Source: Candidatus Latescibacterota bacterium (GTDB lineage Bacteria > Latescibacterota > UBA2968 > UBA8231). From it: 64,000 bases of DNA. This document shows positions 9,404-19,221 of this stretch, one piece after another. Location: assembly GCA_965248265.1 (NCBI GenBank), contig CBDFJF010000002.1:704001-768000 (forward strand), written 5' to 3'. A program made the position numbers and the translations under genes. The notes under the pieces are model-generated. The model had not been told where the DNA came from, did no database searches, and saw nothing but the letters and a program-made list of their open reading frames with translations. Each line of letters opens with the position of its first letter. Within the stretch, counting starts at the first letter, position 1.

Positions 9404-9427
9404 GAAAGACCGCGCCTGCGGTCTTCA

Positions 9428-9456
9428 TTGCCATCCCCAGGGGCCTTTTATATATT
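9428..9456 (+). promoter_or_regulatory. Putative sigma70 promoter of topA operon (TTGCCA-N17-TATATT)
   Basis: Near-consensus hexamers, 17-bp spacer. Confidence 0.6.
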
Positions 9457-9510
9457 TGTAAAACTTATGGCTCTAGAGACCAGATACTCGGCTCTAGGGC
9501 CGTCTCATTA

Positions 9511-9542
9511 TGCACGCCTATCATCGTGCACGCCTATCATCG
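9511..9542 (+). repeat. Perfect 16-bp tandem duplication (TGCACGCCTATCATCG x2) in topA leader
   Basis: Read directly. Confidence 0.9.
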
Positions 9543-9616
9543 TACACCCCTGGTTCGAGTAGCATGGGCCAGAACACCCTGACGAACCTCTCAGACAGGG
9601 CCACGAAATCGATTAA

Positions 9617-11851
9617 ATGGCAAAATCGCTTGTAGTAGTCGAGTCGCCGGCCAAGGCGACGACGATCAACAAGATTCTCGGCAAGGATTTTCTCGTCAAA
9701 TCCTGCATGGGACACGTGCGGGATCTGCCGCCCAAGGAATTAGGGGTGGACGTAGAGAACGACTTCCAGCCACGGTACGTGACCATCCGCGGCAAGGGTA
9801 AGATTCTCTCCGAGTTGAAGAAGGCTGCCCAGAGTGCGGATACCGTGTACCTGGCCACTGACCCCGATCGCGAAGGGGAGGCGATCGCCTGGCATGTTGC
9901 TCACGCGATTGCCAAGAAAGATCACACGATCAACCGGATTTTGTTCAATGAGATCACCCCGAGGGCGGTGCGCGAATCAATCACCAAACCTCTCGAACTA
10001 GACCTGGCCAAGGTCAACGCGCAACAGGCGCGGCGCGTCCTGGACCGGCTCGTCGGTTACGAAATCAGTCCGCTGCTGTGGAAGGTCATCCATGCCGGTC
10101 TGTCCGCAGGGCGAGTGCAATCGGTTGCACTGAGGCTGATCTGCGAGCGAGATGGGGAAATCAACGCTTTCGAGCCGGTGGAGTACTGGTCCATCGACGC
10201 CCTGGTGAAGCAGGCGAAGCAAACGGACGAAGCCTTCAAGGCCCATGTCATCCAGTTCGAGGGAGAGAAGATCTCCATCGACAACGAAGACACTGCCAAC
10301 ACGATTACAGCCGCGCTGAGGGTGGCCGAGTTCAAAGTCAAGGACGTCAACAAACGCGAGCAGCAACGCCGTCCGTCACCGCCGTTCATCACCAGCACCC
10401 TACAGCAGGACGCTGCCCGTCGCTTGAGGTTTTCGGTCAAGCGCACGATGGCCGTTGCCCAGCAGCTGTACGAGGGGATTGAGGTCTTGGGCGAGGTCCG
10501 AGGTCTGATAACCTACATGCGTACTGATTCGGTGCGTGTGGCCGACGAAGCCGTGGTTTCGGTGCGGCAAGAGATCGAGAGGATGTTCGGCTCCGAGTAC
10601 GTGCCTGACAAACCCAATCAATACAAAACCAAGCGCAGTGCGCAGGATGCGCATGAGGCCATACGGCCCACGGCCGTCGAACTGCACCCCGAGAAGATCA
10701 AGGACGCGTTGACTGCGGATCAGGCGAAGCTCTACGAGCTGGTGTGGAAGCGTTTCGTGGCCTCGCAGATGAAGCCACACGTGCTCAACGTGACCCGGGT
10801 CGATATTGAGGCCGACGCCTACACCCTGAGGGCAACCGGGTCCTCGACCAAGTTTCCGGGTTTTTCACGTCTGTACACCGAGAGCAAGGAAGAAGAGGAC
10901 GAGGACGAGGCGGGCACTGTCCCGGCGGAGATCGCCGCCGGCGAGGCGCTCGCGCTGAATGATCTGTTTCCCGAACAGCACTTCACCAAACCGCCGCCGC
11001 GGTACTCGGAGGCCTCACTGGTGAAGGAGCTGGAAGCCAAGGGCATCGGCCGTCCGAGCACCTACGCCCAGATTATCAGCACCTTGCAGGATCGCGAGTA
11101 CGTGGACAGATCCAACGGCCGCAATTTCATCGGTACGGAGCGCGGTCACACCGTGAACAAGTTTCTCGTCGACACGTTTCCCAACATCTTTGATGTTCAG
11201 TTTACGGCCAAGATGGAGGACGAACTCGACCGCATCGAGGACGGCGAGGAAAACTGGGTCGAATCCGTGCGTCGGTTTTACGGCTCGTGGAAGGGATTCC
11301 TGGATGAGGCCAATGCCCGTCGCAAGGAGTTGAAGGCAGCCTTCCAGGAAGAAACCACGGTTGAGTGCGAGGAGTGCGGCCGCAACATGGTCGTCAAATG
11401 GGGGCGCAACGGACGGTTTCTAGCCTGTCCCGGATATCCCCAGTGCAAGAACACGAAACCTCTCGAAGAGGATGAAGAGGCGGCTACCACAGACGAAATC
11501 TGCGCCCAGTGCGAATCGCCCATGGTGGTCAAAACCGGCCGCTACGGTCGCTTTCTGGCCTGCAGTGCCTACCCCGAGTGCCGCAATGTCAAACCGTTCG
11601 CGCTCGGCATTGACTGTCCGGAAGAAGGCTGCGAGGGCGAACTCGTTGAGAAACAGTCCCGCAAGGGAAAGGTGTTTTACGGGTGCAACCAGTACCCGAG
11701 CTGCAAGTTCGCCAGTTGGGACAAGCCGGTGAAACAGACCTGCCCTCACTGTGAGGCGGCGTTGCTCTACGAGAAGGGTTCCAAGACCGGGACCCCCGCC
11801 CTCCACTGCAGGGTCTGCGAGACTCGCTTCGAGAACACGCAGGCAGCATAG
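9617..11851 (+). CDS. topA: DNA topoisomerase I (type IA) with C-terminal C4 zinc ribbons
   Basis: LVVVESPAKA, ATDPDREGEAIAW TOPRIM motif, SAGRVQS, LITYMRTDS (catalytic Tyr), GIGRPSTYA, repeated C..C zinc fingers. Confidence 0.98.
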   Translation: MAKSLVVVESPAKATTINKILGKDFLVKSCMGHVRDLPPKELGVDVENDFQPRYVTIRGKGKILSELKKAAQSADTVYLATDPDREGEAIAWHVAHAIAKKDHTINRILFNEITPRAVRESITKPLELDLAKVNAQQARRVLDRLVGYEISPLLWKVIHAGLSAGRVQSVALRLICERDGEINAFEPVEYWSIDALVKQAKQTDEAFKAHVIQFEGEKISIDNEDTANTITAALRVAEFKVKDVNKREQQRRPSPPFITSTLQQDAARRLRFSVKRTMAVAQQLYEGIEVLGEVRGLITYMRTDSVRVADEAVVSVRQEIERMFGSEYVPDKPNQYKTKRSAQDAHEAIRPTAVELHPEKIKDALTADQAKLYELVWKRFVASQMKPHVLNVTRVDIEADAYTLRATGSSTKFPGFSRLYTESKEEEDEDEAGTVPAEIAAGEALALNDLFPEQHFTKPPPRYSEASLVKELEAKGIGRPSTYAQIISTLQDREYVDRSNGRNFIGTERGHTVNKFLVDTFPNIFDVQFTAKMEDELDRIEDGEENWVESVRRFYGSWKGFLDEANARRKELKAAFQEETTVECEECGRNMVVKWGRNGRFLACPGYPQCKNTKPLEEDEEAATTDEICAQCESPMVVKTGRYGRFLACSAYPECRNVKPFALGIDCPEEGCEGELVEKQSRKGKVFYGCNQYPSCKFASWDKPVKQTCPHCEAALLYEKGSKTGTPALHCRVCETRFENTQAA

Positions 11852-11862
11852 TACGAGCTTCA

Positions 11863-12894
11863 GTGCGGCATCGAGCAGCTCACCCGCGTGCCAATTCAAA
11901 GACTGACTCCGCTTCGCCGGTAAGCGCCGCCTCGAGCTTGGAGAGTGGGGCCGCGTTGTTTCTGGATGCTCTGGAGGCGCAAGGCTGTGCCCCAGGCACC
12001 GCACGGGCTTATCGCACCGACCTGTCGCAATTCGCTCTTTTCCTACATCCCAGAATGTCCACCCAGCCAGCGTGGGGCCTGCGAGACGTGGGCACCGATC
12101 ATCTTCGGCAGTTCATCGAGGATCTGCGTGAACATGGCTGCAAACCGCGCACGATCGCACGCAAGGTCGCAAGCGTACGCTCGTGCTTCCGGTTTCTGTG
12201 CGCCGAGGGGGTACTCGAGAGTAATCCCGCCATCGCCGTCAATGTTGCTGCGGTTGCCAGGGGATCCGAATCGCTACAGCGGGATGGCCTGGAACATGCC
12301 TTTGGGGAGCGAGCCGAAGGCCCGGATTTTCGCAGCGCCAGGGACAGAGCCATTCTCGAGATTCTGTACGGCTGCGGCTTGAGACTCAGTGAACTTGTCG
12401 GTCTGAACCTGTCTTCGTTGAGTATGGAAGAGGGACACTTGCGGTTGCAGGAACGTGACAACGAGCGCAGCGTGCCGATGGGATCCAGGGCTTCGGCTGC
12501 CATCGCCTCCTACCTGATCTGCAGAGCCGACCAACTGGTCGATCGGGACATCACCCAGATCGATGCGGGAGCGCTATTCGTTAACGAACGCGGCCTGCGT
12601 CTGCACCGCCGCACTGTCCAACGCATCGTAGCCCGCGGCCTGCCGCGCGCTGATGCTGGTGGATTGGCGACCCCACAATTGTTGCGCAACTCTTTCGCTA
12701 CGCATCTTCTCGACGGCGGAGCTCCTGTCGGTAGCGTTCAGGTGATGCTGGGTCAGACCTCACTGCCTGTCGCCGTACGCGAGCCGTCCTCGCTGGAGCA
12801 GCTGCGGGCCATGTACAACCGGGCGCACCCGCGTGCCTACCGTGAGGACGATGGCTTAACTATCGAGGTAGCGGGAGGAGGCACTGGGAAATGA
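11863..12894 (+). CDS. XerC-like tyrosine recombinase homologue, apparently catalytically degenerate
   Basis: RDRAILEILYGCGLRLSEL, LR.SFATHLL, AHPRA C-terminus and topA-xerC-hslVU synteny. However HxxR is QLLR, LGH is LGQ, and the GKG lysine and TTQIY tyrosine are absent. Start uncertain. Confidence 0.85.
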   Translation: MRHRAAHPRANSKTDSASPVSAASSLESGAALFLDALEAQGCAPGTARAYRTDLSQFALFLHPRMSTQPAWGLRDVGTDHLRQFIEDLREHGCKPRTIARKVASVRSCFRFLCAEGVLESNPAIAVNVAAVARGSESLQRDGLEHAFGERAEGPDFRSARDRAILEILYGCGLRLSELVGLNLSSLSMEEGHLRLQERDNERSVPMGSRASAAIASYLICRADQLVDRDITQIDAGALFVNERGLRLHRRTVQRIVARGLPRADAGGLATPQLLRNSFATHLLDGGAPVGSVQVMLGQTSLPVAVREPSSLEQLRAMYNRAHPRAYREDDGLTIEVAGGGTGK

Positions 12895-13424
12895 AGAAGA
12901 CGAGGGCGACGACGATTCTGGGTGTGCGCCACAAGGGCAAGGTGGTGATGGGAGGTGATGGGCAGATCACCTTCGGTGAGATGGTGCTCAAACACAGGAC
13001 ATCGAAGATCCGCAAGCTCTACAACGATTCCATCCTGGTGGGCTTTGCCGGCGGCACGTCGGATGCTCTGGCGCTGTTGGATCACTTCGAGTCCCGCTTG
13101 GAGGAACACAACGGACAGCTGGAGCGGGCCGCTCACGAGCTGGCGAGAGACTGGCGTACCGATCGCATGCTGCGACGTCTGGAAGCCATGATCGTCGCCA
13201 TGGACGCACAGCGCTCGCTGCTGATCTCGGGCGAGGGGGATCTGTTGACGCCTGATGATGACGTCATCAGTATCGGTTCAGGCTCGGCATACGCCACGGC
13301 CGCCGCCCGGGCTTACGTCGATGCTTCCAAACTCGGCGCCGCTCAGATCGTCAAACGCTCTCTGTTGATTGCCGCCGACATGTGCATCTATACCAATACA
13401 GACATCCAAATCCTCGAACTATAA
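12891..13424 (+). CDS. hslV: ATP-dependent protease subunit HslV
   Basis: ATTILGV N-terminal Thr nucleophile, GDGQIT.G, GFAG, WRTDR.LRRLEA, IGSG, CIYTN. Confidence 0.97.
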   Translation: MKKTRATTILGVRHKGKVVMGGDGQITFGEMVLKHRTSKIRKLYNDSILVGFAGGTSDALALLDHFESRLEEHNGQLERAAHELARDWRTDRMLRRLEAMIVAMDAQRSLLISGEGDLLTPDDDVISIGSGSAYATAAARAYVDASKLGAAQIVKRSLLIAADMCIYTNTDIQILEL

Positions 13425-13426
13425 CT

Positions 13427-14929
13427 ATGCAACAGTTGACACCGGCCGAGATCGTGCAGGAGCTGGATCGACACATCGTCGGCCAGAGCAGGGCTAAACG
13501 CTCGGTCGCAATCGCTCTGCGTAACCGCTGGCGCCGGCAGCAGGTAGCCGACACGCTGCGGGAGGAGATTATCCCCAACAACATAATCATGATCGGCCCT
13601 ACCGGGGTGGGCAAGACGGAGATAGCTCGCCGGCTCGCCGATCTGGCCCACGCGCCTTTCCTCAAGGTCGAGGCCTCGAAGTTTACGGAAGTGGGCTACG
13701 TAGGGCGTGACGTCGAGTCGATCATTCGCGATCTGACCGACCTGGCCATCAACATGGTCAAGCAGGAACACGCCAAAGCGGTAGAGGAAAGGGCGCAGGC
13801 GCAGGTTCAGGAGCGGATTGTGCAGCTGTTGCTGGCAACCCGTCAGTCCCCGCAAGAGCCCGCTGACGGCGAGTCCAGGCCTGTCGCAGAGAGCGAGCCT
13901 CCGGCGTCGGAGGCTCTGGAGCCGGCACTCGAGACCACCGAACCGGTGTTGCGGCCGATTTCATCGGAGGCGATACAGGAGGCCATGAGAATCTCCGTCG
14001 ACGTGGAGTTGCCGGACGCTGAGCAAACCGGGGGCAGCGCCGAGGATGATCAGGAGATGGAGCGACTGCGGCAACAGCTGGTGGAGGGTGAATTGGAGGA
14101 AGAGCACGTCGAGCTGGAGCTGCCCAAGGAACGATCGCCCATCATCGAGGTATTCTCGCCGTTGACGAACATCGAAGAGATGAGCATCAACATCCAGGAA
14201 GTCGTGGCGGGAATGGCACAGCAGACAACCCAACCGAAGAAGCTGTCTGTCAGCGAAGCCCGCGATATTCTGCTGCAGGAGGAGACGCAGAGGCTCATCG
14301 ATCACGACCGCGCCGTGGCCGAAGCGATCGACCGCGTTGAGGAATCGGGGATCGTATTTCTGGACGAGATCGACAAGGTTGCCACCTCTCAGGCCAAGGC
14401 CGGTCCGGACATATCTCGCGAGGGGGTACAGCGCGATCTCCTGCCCATCATCGAGGGTTCAACGGTGACGACGAAGTACGGCATCGTCCACACTCATCAC
14501 ATCCTTTTCATCGCCGCGGGCGCCTTCCACATCTCCAAACCCGCTGACTTGATTCCGGAGTTGCAGGGCCGGTTTCCCATACGGGTCGAGCTCGACAGTC
14601 TTGGGGCCTCGGAGTTCGTTGAGATTCTGACGCGCCCCAAGAGCGCGTTGATCAAGCAGTACACGGCCATGCTGGCCAGCGAGGAGGTAGAGCTCTCCTT
14701 CACGCCAGAGGCCATCCGCGAGTGTGCCCGCATCGCCGACGAGGTCAATCAGAGTTCGGAGAATATTGGCGCGCGTAGGCTCCACACCGTCATGTCGACG
14801 CTTCTCGACGAAGTACTGTTCGATGCGCCTGGCCTGGAAGAGAAAAAGGTCCGGATTACCAAGCAGTACGTGCGGGACAAGATTCAGGGGATAATCGAAG
14901 ACGAGGATTTGAGTCGGTACGTGTTGTGA
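13427..14929 (+). CDS. hslU: ATP-dependent protease ATPase subunit HslU
   Basis: GPTGVGKTEIARRLA Walker A, KFTEVGYVGRDV, FLDEIDK, ELQGRFPIRV, NIGARRL, DLSRYVL. ATG at 13427 follows the hslV stop. Confidence 0.97.
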   Translation: MQQLTPAEIVQELDRHIVGQSRAKRSVAIALRNRWRRQQVADTLREEIIPNNIIMIGPTGVGKTEIARRLADLAHAPFLKVEASKFTEVGYVGRDVESIIRDLTDLAINMVKQEHAKAVEERAQAQVQERIVQLLLATRQSPQEPADGESRPVAESEPPASEALEPALETTEPVLRPISSEAIQEAMRISVDVELPDAEQTGGSAEDDQEMERLRQQLVEGELEEEHVELELPKERSPIIEVFSPLTNIEEMSINIQEVVAGMAQQTTQPKKLSVSEARDILLQEETQRLIDHDRAVAEAIDRVEESGIVFLDEIDKVATSQAKAGPDISREGVQRDLLPIIEGSTVTTKYGIVHTHHILFIAAGAFHISKPADLIPELQGRFPIRVELDSLGASEFVEILTRPKSALIKQYTAMLASEEVELSFTPEAIRECARIADEVNQSSENIGARRLHTVMSTLLDEVLFDAPGLEEKKVRITKQYVRDKIQGIIEDEDLSRYVL

Positions 14930-15087
14930 GGCTGGGCGTGATGTCTGGAGAACGGGGGCCACTGATTGATGGGGGCACCAGTCGGTGAGTGCTTTCTGAC
15001 AATACAGGGCGCCAACTGACGGGGGCAGGCTACCGGTGGTGAGATCGTCTGTTGTCTTCCGACGTGCTATGCACGCGCAAGACAGCT

Positions 15088-15158
15088 ATCAACACCCAAC
15101 ACCAACACCCAAACACCAACATCAAACCCTACCACCAACATCAACACCAACGATACCA
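15088..15158 (+). repeat. A/C-rich low-complexity tract (imperfect CCAACA/CAACAC repeats)
   Basis: ATCAACACCCAACACCAACACCCAAACACCAACATCAAACCCTACCACCAACATCAACACCAAC; almost no G. Confidence 0.7.
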
Positions 15159-15161
15159 TCC

Positions 15162-16805
15162 ATGGTTTGTGTGAATTCCTATTGTAGGCTGCTTGTGTAT
15201 TCGTCAGCGGCACTCATGCTGTCGTGTGCGAAGGTTGGCAGGCCGCCGGGTGGGGTCGTGGACAAGCTGGCACCGACAATTGTGGGGACGCAGCCTCGGG
15301 GGGATGAGATTGGGGTGGGGCTTGAACGCTCGATCGAGGTCGAGTTCAGTGAGGGTATGGATGGTCGACGCACTCGTGATGCTGTGTTCGTGTCGCCGGG
15401 CATTGAGATGCGCCTAGAGTGGCGTGGGCGAACGTTGGAAATCCGGCCGCTGGGGGGTTTGCAGCCGGAGAGGACTTACGTCATCACGGTTGGCACGGAC
15501 GCGAGGGATCTTCGTGGGAACAAGCTGGATCAATCGTTCACCTTTGCCTTTGCGACTGGCGGGCAACTCGATCGGGGGAGTATTGGTGGTCGTGTGTTGA
15601 GGGCCGGAAAGGCCGCCGCCTCTGCGAAGGTATGGGCCTATCACATGAGTGGGGGATTTGATGGCCACCTGGGTGTGGATCCGCCGGCCTACGAGACGCA
15701 GTCGGGTCGTGATGGCGGCTATGCGTTTCAGCGACTGGCACCAGGGGTCTACCGGGTAATGGCTTTCAATGACACTGATGGTGATGCTGAGTATGACGAC
15801 GGTGAGATGCTGGGACTACCCTCGGGTGACATAACGCTGGCTGAGAATGACGAGGTCCAGATGGGAGACCTGAATCTTGTCGCACACGGTCCGGCAAAGG
15901 CGTCGGAGTTGAAGCGTGTCCAGGCACTCCACGACCGCGTCATCATGCTTTCGTTCGCGGAGCCGATCGAGGATACCCAGGAGTTGGCGGTGACGATCGA
16001 GGGACTGCCTCTGGAAGGCAAACAGCGCTCGGTCACGGATCCATCTCGTTGGTACCTGCTGACACCCGAGCAGGAAGCAGGTACGCCTTATGAGTTGAGG
16101 GTGACGGTGGATGGCGAGCCTGTGACGTGGGACGAACCGGTCCGGGGAAGCAGTCGCGTCGATCGAAAATCCCCAGCACTCGAGGTCAGCTATCCCACGG
16201 GGGAATTGGCTGCCAGTGTCGACACTGTGCGACTGTCATTCAGCGAAGCCATGGATACGGCGTACCCGTCTCCGGGTGACGATCTGTGGGTCAGGAGTGA
16301 TTCCACGGAATCCCCGGATGGCGCTTGGCATTGGGATAGTCCGGCAACGCTCGTTTTCTTCCCTCCCGAGCCGTTGGGCCCCGGGGTGCACCGGCTGCAG
16401 GTGAGTTTGATCAGATTGCGGGATCGCGCAGGCCTGGGCCCGGCTGACAGCAGCGCCACCCTGGACTTTGAAGTGTTACGGGAGGAAGATCTCAGCAGCA
16501 TTGGCGGGGTCGTCGTCGATGCCGCAGATTCGAGCGCCGTGCGCGCCCGTGTGGTGGTTCAGCGGGTAGCGGACGCCAGCGTCATCGCCTGGGACTACAG
16601 TGATGCGGACGGAAGTTATAGGATTGATGGGTTGGCCCTCGGCCAGTACAACGTGCACTGCATCGACGACGTCGACGGGGATGGTATTGCCGACGGCGGC
16701 CAACTTCATCCTTACCAACCGGCGGAACGACACCAGTCGTATGAACGTTCGATCTCACTCAGTCGCGGCGAACAGATTGACGGCATAGATTTCGAGCTCA
16801 GATGA
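15162..16805 (+). CDS. Ig-like (Big_5) domain lipoprotein with carboxypeptidase-regulatory-like domains
   Basis: Lipobox LMLS-C followed by A..G.PPGG..D..AP; FSE.MD and DLRGN.L..S..FAFATG are typical of this family. Start placed at ATG 15162 (uncertain). Confidence 0.8.
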   Translation: MVCVNSYCRLLVYSSAALMLSCAKVGRPPGGVVDKLAPTIVGTQPRGDEIGVGLERSIEVEFSEGMDGRRTRDAVFVSPGIEMRLEWRGRTLEIRPLGGLQPERTYVITVGTDARDLRGNKLDQSFTFAFATGGQLDRGSIGGRVLRAGKAAASAKVWAYHMSGGFDGHLGVDPPAYETQSGRDGGYAFQRLAPGVYRVMAFNDTDGDAEYDDGEMLGLPSGDITLAENDEVQMGDLNLVAHGPAKASELKRVQALHDRVIMLSFAEPIEDTQELAVTIEGLPLEGKQRSVTDPSRWYLLTPEQEAGTPYELRVTVDGEPVTWDEPVRGSSRVDRKSPALEVSYPTGELAASVDTVRLSFSEAMDTAYPSPGDDLWVRSDSTESPDGAWHWDSPATLVFFPPEPLGPGVHRLQVSLIRLRDRAGLGPADSSATLDFEVLREEDLSSIGGVVVDAADSSAVRARVVVQRVADASVIAWDYSDADGSYRIDGLALGQYNVHCIDDVDGDGIADGGQLHPYQPAERHQSYERSISLSRGEQIDGIDFELR

Positions 16806-17188
16806 TACAAGCCAACCGCTCGCGCTTCTGGTACCGTTACGCAGATGTAGTTGTAATCCTGGGCGTTCTCCTGGCCATGGGTGCGGTCAAATTCTCCCAC
16901 GTTTCGGCCGATCAACGGCGTGAGATCGAACTTGAATCCCGGCTTGAGCAGGTTTACGAATTTGAGATGGAGTTCTACGCCAAGCACAAGCGCTACTACG
17001 ATCCACGCTCGGCTCAGTACAAATCCTATCTCGGTTGGCTGCGGGATTGCGACTGTGACGTGCGGTTGGGGAGTGGTGGGAAGGAATTCGCCGTCGTCGC
17101 CAAAGCGGATTTCGATGGGGACGGCCAGGCTGGTGTCTGGCGCATCGACCAAACCAGTCCGATGGCCAGGCAAGTGGTCGAAGACTGA
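16802..17188 (+). CDS. Small membrane-anchored protein, type IV pilin-like C-terminus
   Basis: Hydrophobic N-terminal helix, FYAKHKRY, and C-terminal F...A.ADFDGDG...VW.IDQ resembling FCB-group pilin-like proteins. No canonical G|FTLIE site. Confidence 0.55.
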   Translation: MIQANRSRFWYRYADVVVILGVLLAMGAVKFSHVSADQRREIELESRLEQVYEFEMEFYAKHKRYYDPRSAQYKSYLGWLRDCDCDVRLGSGGKEFAVVAKADFDGDGQAGVWRIDQTSPMARQVVED

Positions 17189-17190
17189 GT

Positions 17191-18042
17191 TTAGCGGTCG
17201 ATTACCGGAGGTTCGGCCCTTGTTCCGCACCGGTAGGAACCGATCACCCACATTTCAAGCACTCGCTTCCTCATCTCTTCCAGTGCGTCCGCAGTCTGCG
17301 GGTCCTCGAGCGGACCGCGGATCTCGAGATAGCACAAGTACTCCCAGGCCTGACCAACCAGTTTACGCGACTCGACCTTCTCGAGCTCGATACCACGCTC
17401 CGTGATCACGTTGAGTGCAGCAGCAAGAGCACGCGCACTGTCCCCGAGTCTGACGACGATGCAGCTCTTCTGCTCGCCACCCACAGTCGAGATCCCTTCA
17501 CGGCTGAGCACGAGAAAACGGGTGTAGTTCTCATCATCGGACTGGATGTCTTCGGCCAGGATCTGCATGCCGTGATCGCGAGCGGCCTGAGCGGGTGCGA
17601 TGGCGGCATCCGAATCGTCGCCCTCGTTCTTAACCATGGCCACGGCGCCGGCGGTGTCGTAGACGATCTCACTCTGGGCGCCGTTCAAGTTCCCGAGGAA
17701 GGTCTCGCACTGGGCCAGGGCCTGTTCGTGTGAATAGATGCGGCGAATTTCGTCCAGGCGCGCGCCGGGCCGGGCAATCAGGTAGTGTCTGACGTGCAGG
17801 TAGATTTCACCGGCGATCGGCAACGGGTCCGAGATCAGCAGGTCCCAGACTTCGTGTATGCTGCCGGCCAGGGAGTTATCGACGGGGGCTATGCCGTAGT
17901 CGGCGTCGCCGTCGCGAACAGCGCGGAAGAGCTCGTCAAATTTGCGGCATGGAAGGATAGACGGCCGATCGTGGAAGTAGGCGTACGCGGCCAGTTCGCT
18001 GTTGCTGCCCAATTCTCCCTGGACGGCGACGGTGCGGCTCAA
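17191..18042 (-). CDS. pheA: Prephenate dehydratase with ACT domain
   Basis: [35 protein letters not shown] motif, ESRK in the ACT domain. Confidence 0.93.
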   Translation of the reverse strand: MSRTVAVQGELGSNSELAAYAYFHDRPSILPCRKFDELFRAVRDGDADYGIAPVDNSLAGSIHEVWDLLISDPLPIAGEIYLHVRHYLIARPGARLDEIRRIYSHEQALAQCETFLGNLNGAQSEIVYDTAGAVAMVKNEGDDSDAAIAPAQAARDHGMQILAEDIQSDDENYTRFLVLSREGISTVGGEQKSCIVVRLGDSARALAAALNVITERGIELEKVESRKLVGQAWEYLCYLEIRGPLEDPQTADALEEMRKRVLEMWVIGSYRCGTRAEPPVIDR

Positions 18043-18833
18043 ACTGCGATCGCCATTGGGATGGAGGGGTGTGGCCGGTAGTTGACGAGTTTGAAGTCCT
18101 CGAACTGAAATCCGAAGATGTCCTGGTCGCGGTTGGCGATGACCATGCGCGGCAACGGCCGAGGCTCGCGCGTCAACTGCTCGCGCAGCGGCTCGATGTG
18201 GTTCTCGTAGACGTGGACGTCACCTCCCGTCCACACGAACTCACCCAGGTCCAGCTCGCAGACCTGTGCCAGCATCATCGTCAGCAGACTGTAGCTGGCG
18301 ATGTTGAAGGGCACGCCGAGGCCGACATCGCAGCTGCGCTGGTAGAGTTGGCAGCTGAGGCGGCCGTCGCCGACGAAAAACTGGAACAGACAGTGACACG
18401 GGGGAAGTGCCATCTTCTCGAGCTCACCCACATTCCACGAACACACTAGCATGCGGCGGCTGTTGGGGTCACGCTGAATCAGCTCAACCAATCCCTGAAT
18501 CTGGTCGACGGCGTCGCCGTCCGCTGTCGGCCATGCCCGCCACTGCTTGCCGTACACCGGGCCGAGCTCGCCGTTCTCATCCGCCCATTCGTTCCAGATA
18601 CGCACGCCGTTTTCCTGCAGGTACTTGACGTTGGTACTGCCCTGCAGGAACCACAGCAACTCGTGGATGATGGACTTCAGATGCAATTTCTTCGTGGTCA
18701 GACAGGGGAAGCCGTCCATCAGGTCAAAGCGCATCTGCTGCCCGAAGGTAGCGAGCGTTCCGGTGCCGGTGCGGTCTTTCTTCTCCACACCCTGCTCCAG
18801 CACATGCTCCACCAGATCCAAGTACTGTTTCAC
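18039..18833 (-). CDS. thyA: Thymidylate synthase ThyA
   Basis: [51 protein letters not shown] start with GGAG RBS gives 264 aa. Confidence 0.98.
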   Translation of the reverse strand: MKQYLDLVEHVLEQGVEKKDRTGTGTLATFGQQMRFDLMDGFPCLTTKKLHLKSIIHELLWFLQGSTNVKYLQENGVRIWNEWADENGELGPVYGKQWRAWPTADGDAVDQIQGLVELIQRDPNSRRMLVCSWNVGELEKMALPPCHCLFQFFVGDGRLSCQLYQRSCDVGLGVPFNIASYSLLTMMLAQVCELDLGEFVWTGGDVHVYENHIEPLREQLTREPRPLPRMVIANRDQDIFGFQFEDFKLVNYRPHPSIPMAIAV

Positions 18834-19146
18834 CTTATTTCTCCACAACCGGGGAAGGCTACGGGGAGGACACGACGACGGCCAACAGGAAGTCGCCCGG
18901 GGCATTGGGGAAACCGGCATGGGGGTGCCGGCACGATCCTAATATAGAGAACTGGGCCGAAGCGAAAAGGAGGGATTCAGCGAGGAAATTGGAGTCTCGA
19001 ACAGACCGTCTGCAGGCTGTTTGGCTGTCCTGGGACTTCGTTGACAGTCTCGGGGAGGCCCAGTACCTTCTCAAGTTTCGATGGACCCGCGTGACCTGGA
19101 AAATCGATTCCCCTCCCGGGTCGGCGCGACGGCAAACAGCTTTTGA

Positions 19147-19221
19147 GGCGGCGTAGCCAAGTGGTAAGGCAAGGGCCTGCAAAGCCCCTATTCCCCGGTT
19201 CGATTCCGGGCGCCGCCTCCA
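19147..19221 (+). tRNA. tRNA-Cys (GCA)
   Basis: GGCGGCG/CGCCGCC acceptor stem, anticodon loop CTGCAAA, GTTCGATTC T-loop, encoded CCA. Confidence 0.96.

Noticed and set aside
11863-12894. Integrase marking a prophage or island
   Set aside because: Sits in the housekeeping topA-xerC-hslVU context, lacks the catalytic Tyr, and has no att repeats or phage genes nearby.
15036-15161. N-terminal extension of the Ig-like lipoprotein (QHPTPTPKHQHQT...)
   Set aside because: It translates the low-complexity A/C tract and would put the lipobox too far from the start. A downstream start is more plausible.
18834-18940. Folate/THF-type riboswitch in the thyA leader
   Set aside because: Only a short GC hairpin (GCCGGCA...TGCCGG); no match to riboswitch consensus features I can recognise.
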